Source: Verrucomicrobiaceae bacterium
Lineage (GTDB): Bacteria; Verrucomicrobiota; Verrucomicrobiia; Chthoniobacterales; Chthoniobacteraceae
Length of the DNA: 64,000 nucleotides
Assembly (NCBI GenBank): GCA_043757005.1
Contig: JAYVQK010000121.1
Location: 2,069-66,068 of the forward strand
Direction: 5' to 3'
Each line of letters begins with the position of its first letter. The stretch's first letter is position 1. A program made the translations under genes and the position numbers. Below the pieces are notes generated by a model that searched no databases, had not been told where the DNA came from, and worked only from the letters and a program-made list of their open reading frames with translations. Positions 61,524-64,000 of the stretch are shown here, one piece after another.

Positions 61524-64000
61524 GGTTTGTTGGGCAGTGGCAGGCGGAGTTGCACGCTCGTGCCGGTGCCGATGGTGGTGAGGATGTCGCATTTTCCGCC
61601 GAGCGCGTCCATGCGTGTGTGTAAATTGCGGAGGCCGTCTCCGCGTGAGTTTGTGGCGAGGTCAAAGCCGCGCCCATTATCCTCTACGACGATGCAAAGT
61701 GTGTCGGGAGCGAGCTGCATTTTTAGCCATACTTCGCGCGCGGCGGAGTGCTTCACGGCATTGTGCAGCGCCTCGCGCACGGCGAGGTAAAGTGCGTGGC
61801 GGAACTCCGTGGCGAGCGGGATGGTGGGCGGGAGCGAGGGCACGTCGAGCCGCAGCGTCATGCCAGCGGCTGCGAGGAAATCGCCCGCGAAAGCGGCAAG
61901 GTATTCTATGAGCGAGGCGAGCGTGTCGTGGCGCGGGTTCACAGCCCACACGATCTCGTCGAGCGTGCCGACGACGGCTTGCGCTTTGCCCGCGATTTCG
62001 TCGAGTGGGGCGCGGACGGCAGCGGCATCCGGCTGCTCGGCGGTGACGCTGGCGAGCATGGAGATTTCCGTGAGGCTCGCGCCGAGTTCGTCGTGGAGAT
62101 CCTGCGCCAGCCTTGCGCGCTCGGCCTCGCGGGCGTGTTGGACTTCGAGTTGTGAGAAGCGCTCGCGCAACCGGCGACGCGCGACGCCCCAGCCAAATGC
62201 AATCGCCCCACCCGTGGCCAATGCGACGGCGAGCAGGCGAAACCAAGCCGTCTCCCACCAATACGGGAGCACGCGGATGGCGAGCGGCGCACTGGCCTCG
62301 CTCCACACGCAATCGTTATTCGCGGCCATCATCTGGAAGTGATACAGCCCCGGCGGCACCGCCTCGTAGGTAAAGCTGCGCGCACTGCCCGCCTCGCGCC
62401 AATCGCTCTCCAGCCCTTCCAGCCGGGTGCGAAATTGCACTTTCTCCGGGCTAGAAAAACTGAGCCCCGTGTAGTGGAAAGTGAGCTGCGTGCGCCCCGG
62501 CCCCGTGGTGTCGCGGATGGTGCGACCATTGGCCTCCACGCCCTCAATGGCGACGGGCGGCGGCAGTGCGTTTAGCGCGAGCCGGTCGGGCCGCATCCGT
62601 GCGATGCCTTGCCCCGTGGGGAACCACAGCTCGCCCTCGCGCGAGCGCCAGCTCGCGGGCTGGAAGGCACCGCTGCACTCGCGTGTGAGCAGCCCATCGG
62701 CGCGGTCGAAACGCTGCACGGTGAGCGGTCGTCCATCGCCGAAAATCTGTTTTTTTTTCACCCGCAAAATGCCTACGAGCGAGCCGAGCCAGAGGTGCCC
62801 GCTGCTGTCGTCGCGCACGGTGGTGAGCCGTTCGTCGGGCAGTCCCTCCTCCGCGCCGAAGTGCGTCCAACGGCCCTCGCGCCACAGCCACAGGCCAGCG
62901 CCGAGCGAGGTCGCCCACACGGTGCCGTCCGGCTCGGCGAGCATGGCGGAGATGCGACGACCGCCGAGCGCAGCGTCCGCGCCCGCGCGCTCGAAGCGGC
63001 CTTCGCGCCCGTGGAAAACAGTGCCATTGGCGAGGCCCACCCACAGCTCTCCGCGCCAATCGGCGGCGAGCGTGGAGACTTCACCCGGCGCGATTCCATC
63101 CTTCACTCCAAAGCGCGTGAGCACTCCGCCCGCCCAGCGTGCAAGCCCTTGCGCGCCGCCGAGCCAGAGCGTGCCGGGCGGGGCTTCTAGGATGGCGTCC
63201 ACCTTCGAGGGTTCGGTAAACGCGACGCGAAACGGCCCGGCGGAGTCGCGGCGGAAGACGCTCCCATCCCGCGTGGCAGCCCACAGCGTGCCCGCGCTGT
63301 CTTCGCAAAGTGCGGAGACGGGGCGCGGATTTGTAGCCGCACCCAGCTCGAAATGCGTGATCTTTTCCCCCTCGAAAAGATCGAGCCCGCCGCGCTTCGT
63401 GCCCACCCACCAAGCGTCCGTGCGGTCTTGGATGAGGGCGAGCGCGGCGCGGTCGCTCTGGCTCTCGGCCACGCCCAGCATCGTCGCGCGGCGCTCACGG
63501 ATTTGCAGTAGGCCGTGCTCGCCAGTAGCCACCCACAGCGCGCCTTCACGGTCTTCCATGAGGTCATTGATGCGCGCGCCGGGCTGGAGGCCGGGCAGTG
63601 CGACGGGCTCTCCCTCGGGCGCGGCGACAGTGAGGCTCCCGCCCGGCAGCACTTGCCAGCGGCGACCCGCACGGTCGTGCATCCGCAGCGCGTCTTGGCC
63701 AGCGATGCGGCGACCTTTTTCTGCCCAGAAAATCGCGTCCTGCCGGAGCAGCTCATCCAGCTCGGGCGTGTGCGCGATGAGCGTGGGCGCGGCATGGTCG
63801 CGCACGAGCCACAGCTCCGTGCCACGCGCGACAGTCGCCCCGCCAGCGTGGTCCGGTAGCACTTGCGTGAGCACGACACGCCCATCCGTCTCCTCCATAA
63901 CACGCGTGAGCCGCCCAGCGTGCCAGCGCAGGAGCCCGCCCCGCGTGGTCGTGGCCCACACGTCGCCATTTGGCTCGGTGAAAAGTGCGCGCGGCTGGAG
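61520..64000 (-). CDS. sensor histidine kinase with periplasmic propeller repeats and Y_Y_Y domain (HisKA_3 type); 5' end outside window
   Basis: Repeated propeller motifs: ALWVATGEHGLL, AWWVGTKRGGLDLF, TLWAATRDGSVF, TLWLGGAQGLARW, ELWVGLANGTVF and HLWLGSLVGILRV. The Y_Y_Y-like segment reads FHYTGLSFSSPEKVQFRTRLEGLESDW...YHFQMMAANND. One TM helix, the H-box LAQDLHDELGASL, and ATPase boxes REALHNAVKHS and DNGRGF. The frame stays open to position 64000. Confidence 0.8.
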   Translation of the reverse strand, partial: LQPRALFTEPNGDVWATTTRGGLLRWHAGRLTRVMEETDGRVVLTQVLPDHAGGATVARGTELWLVRDHAAPTLIAHTPELDELLRQDAIFWAEKGRRIAGQDALRMHDRAGRRWQVLPGGSLTVAAPEGEPVALPGLQPGARINDLMEDREGALWVATGEHGLLQIRERRATMLGVAESQSDRAALALIQDRTDAWWVGTKRGGLDLFEGEKITHFELGAATNPRPVSALCEDSAGTLWAATRDGSVFRRDSAGPFRVAFTEPSKVDAILEAPPGTLWLGGAQGLARWAGGVLTRFGVKDGIAPGEVSTLAADWRGELWVGLANGTVFHGREGRFERAGADAALGGRRISAMLAEPDGTVWATSLGAGLWLWREGRWTHFGAEEGLPDERLTTVRDDSSGHLWLGSLVGILRVKKKQIFGDGRPLTVQRFDRADGLLTRECSGAFQPASWRSREGELWFPTGQGIARMRPDRLALNALPPPVAIEGVEANGRTIRDTTGPGRTQLTFHYTGLSFSSPEKVQFRTRLEGLESDWREAGSARSFTYEAVPPGLYHFQMMAANNDCVWSEASAPLAIRVLPYWWETAWFRLLAVALATGGAIAFGWGVARRRLRERFSQLEVQHAREAERARLAQDLHDELGASLTEISMLASVTAEQPDAAAVRAPLDEIAGKAQAVVGTLDEIVWAVNPRHDTLASLIEYLAAFAGDFLAAAGMTLRLDVPSLPPTIPLATEFRHALYLAVREALHNAVKHSAAREVWLKMQLAPDTLCIVVEDNGRGFDLATNSRGDGLRNLHTRMDALGGKCDILTTIGTGTSVQLRLPLPNKP

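Overview
GC-rich bacterial chromosomal segment with hallmarks of the Planctomycetes-Verrucomicrobia group, most likely Verrucomicrobiota. The hallmarks are several xFTL(I/L)E pseudopilin leaders, a lamin-tail/CotH giant exoprotein, a DUF4175-like giant membrane protein, a BlaI/BlaR1 pair and many REP-like palindromes. I support about 55 protein genes. I recognise no rRNA, tRNA, CRISPR array, transposase, integrase or phage genes.

Gene content in order:
- Glycolipid GT28 and HAD hydrolase genes.
- An ABC-2/GldG/DUF4340 operon.
- rex.
- A BlaI/BlaR1 pair with divergent lipoprotein genes.
- An AT-richer islet with a DUF4760-like orphan.
- An operon of EF-hand-bearing MFS permease, GT4 glycosyltransferase and a 1957-aa LTD/CotH exoprotein.
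- A ParE-type toxin-antitoxin pair wedged next to a methyltransferase.
- An envelope supercluster: DUF4175-like giant, alpha/alpha-toroid protein, Blc, ExbB/ExbD, a Pro-rich TPR protein and a 941-aa adhesin.
- Two small orphan genes behind a duplicated promoter-like repeat.
- A KamA-family radical SAM gene.
- mcsAB, ilvE, murJ, tsaC, purEK and cbpA.
- A gspH-to-gspM half type II secretion operon behind a propeller-type two-component system.

The best candidates for something undescribed are:
- The DUF4175-like/toroid pair and its ExbBD/TPR/adhesin neighbourhood.
- The split gsp module with an unknown terminal gene.
- The EF-hand MFS/GT4/CotH operon.
- The two AT-richer islets.
- A palindromic repeat family whose arms supply the stop codons of flanking genes.

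All family calls come from motif recognition by eye. No searches were run.
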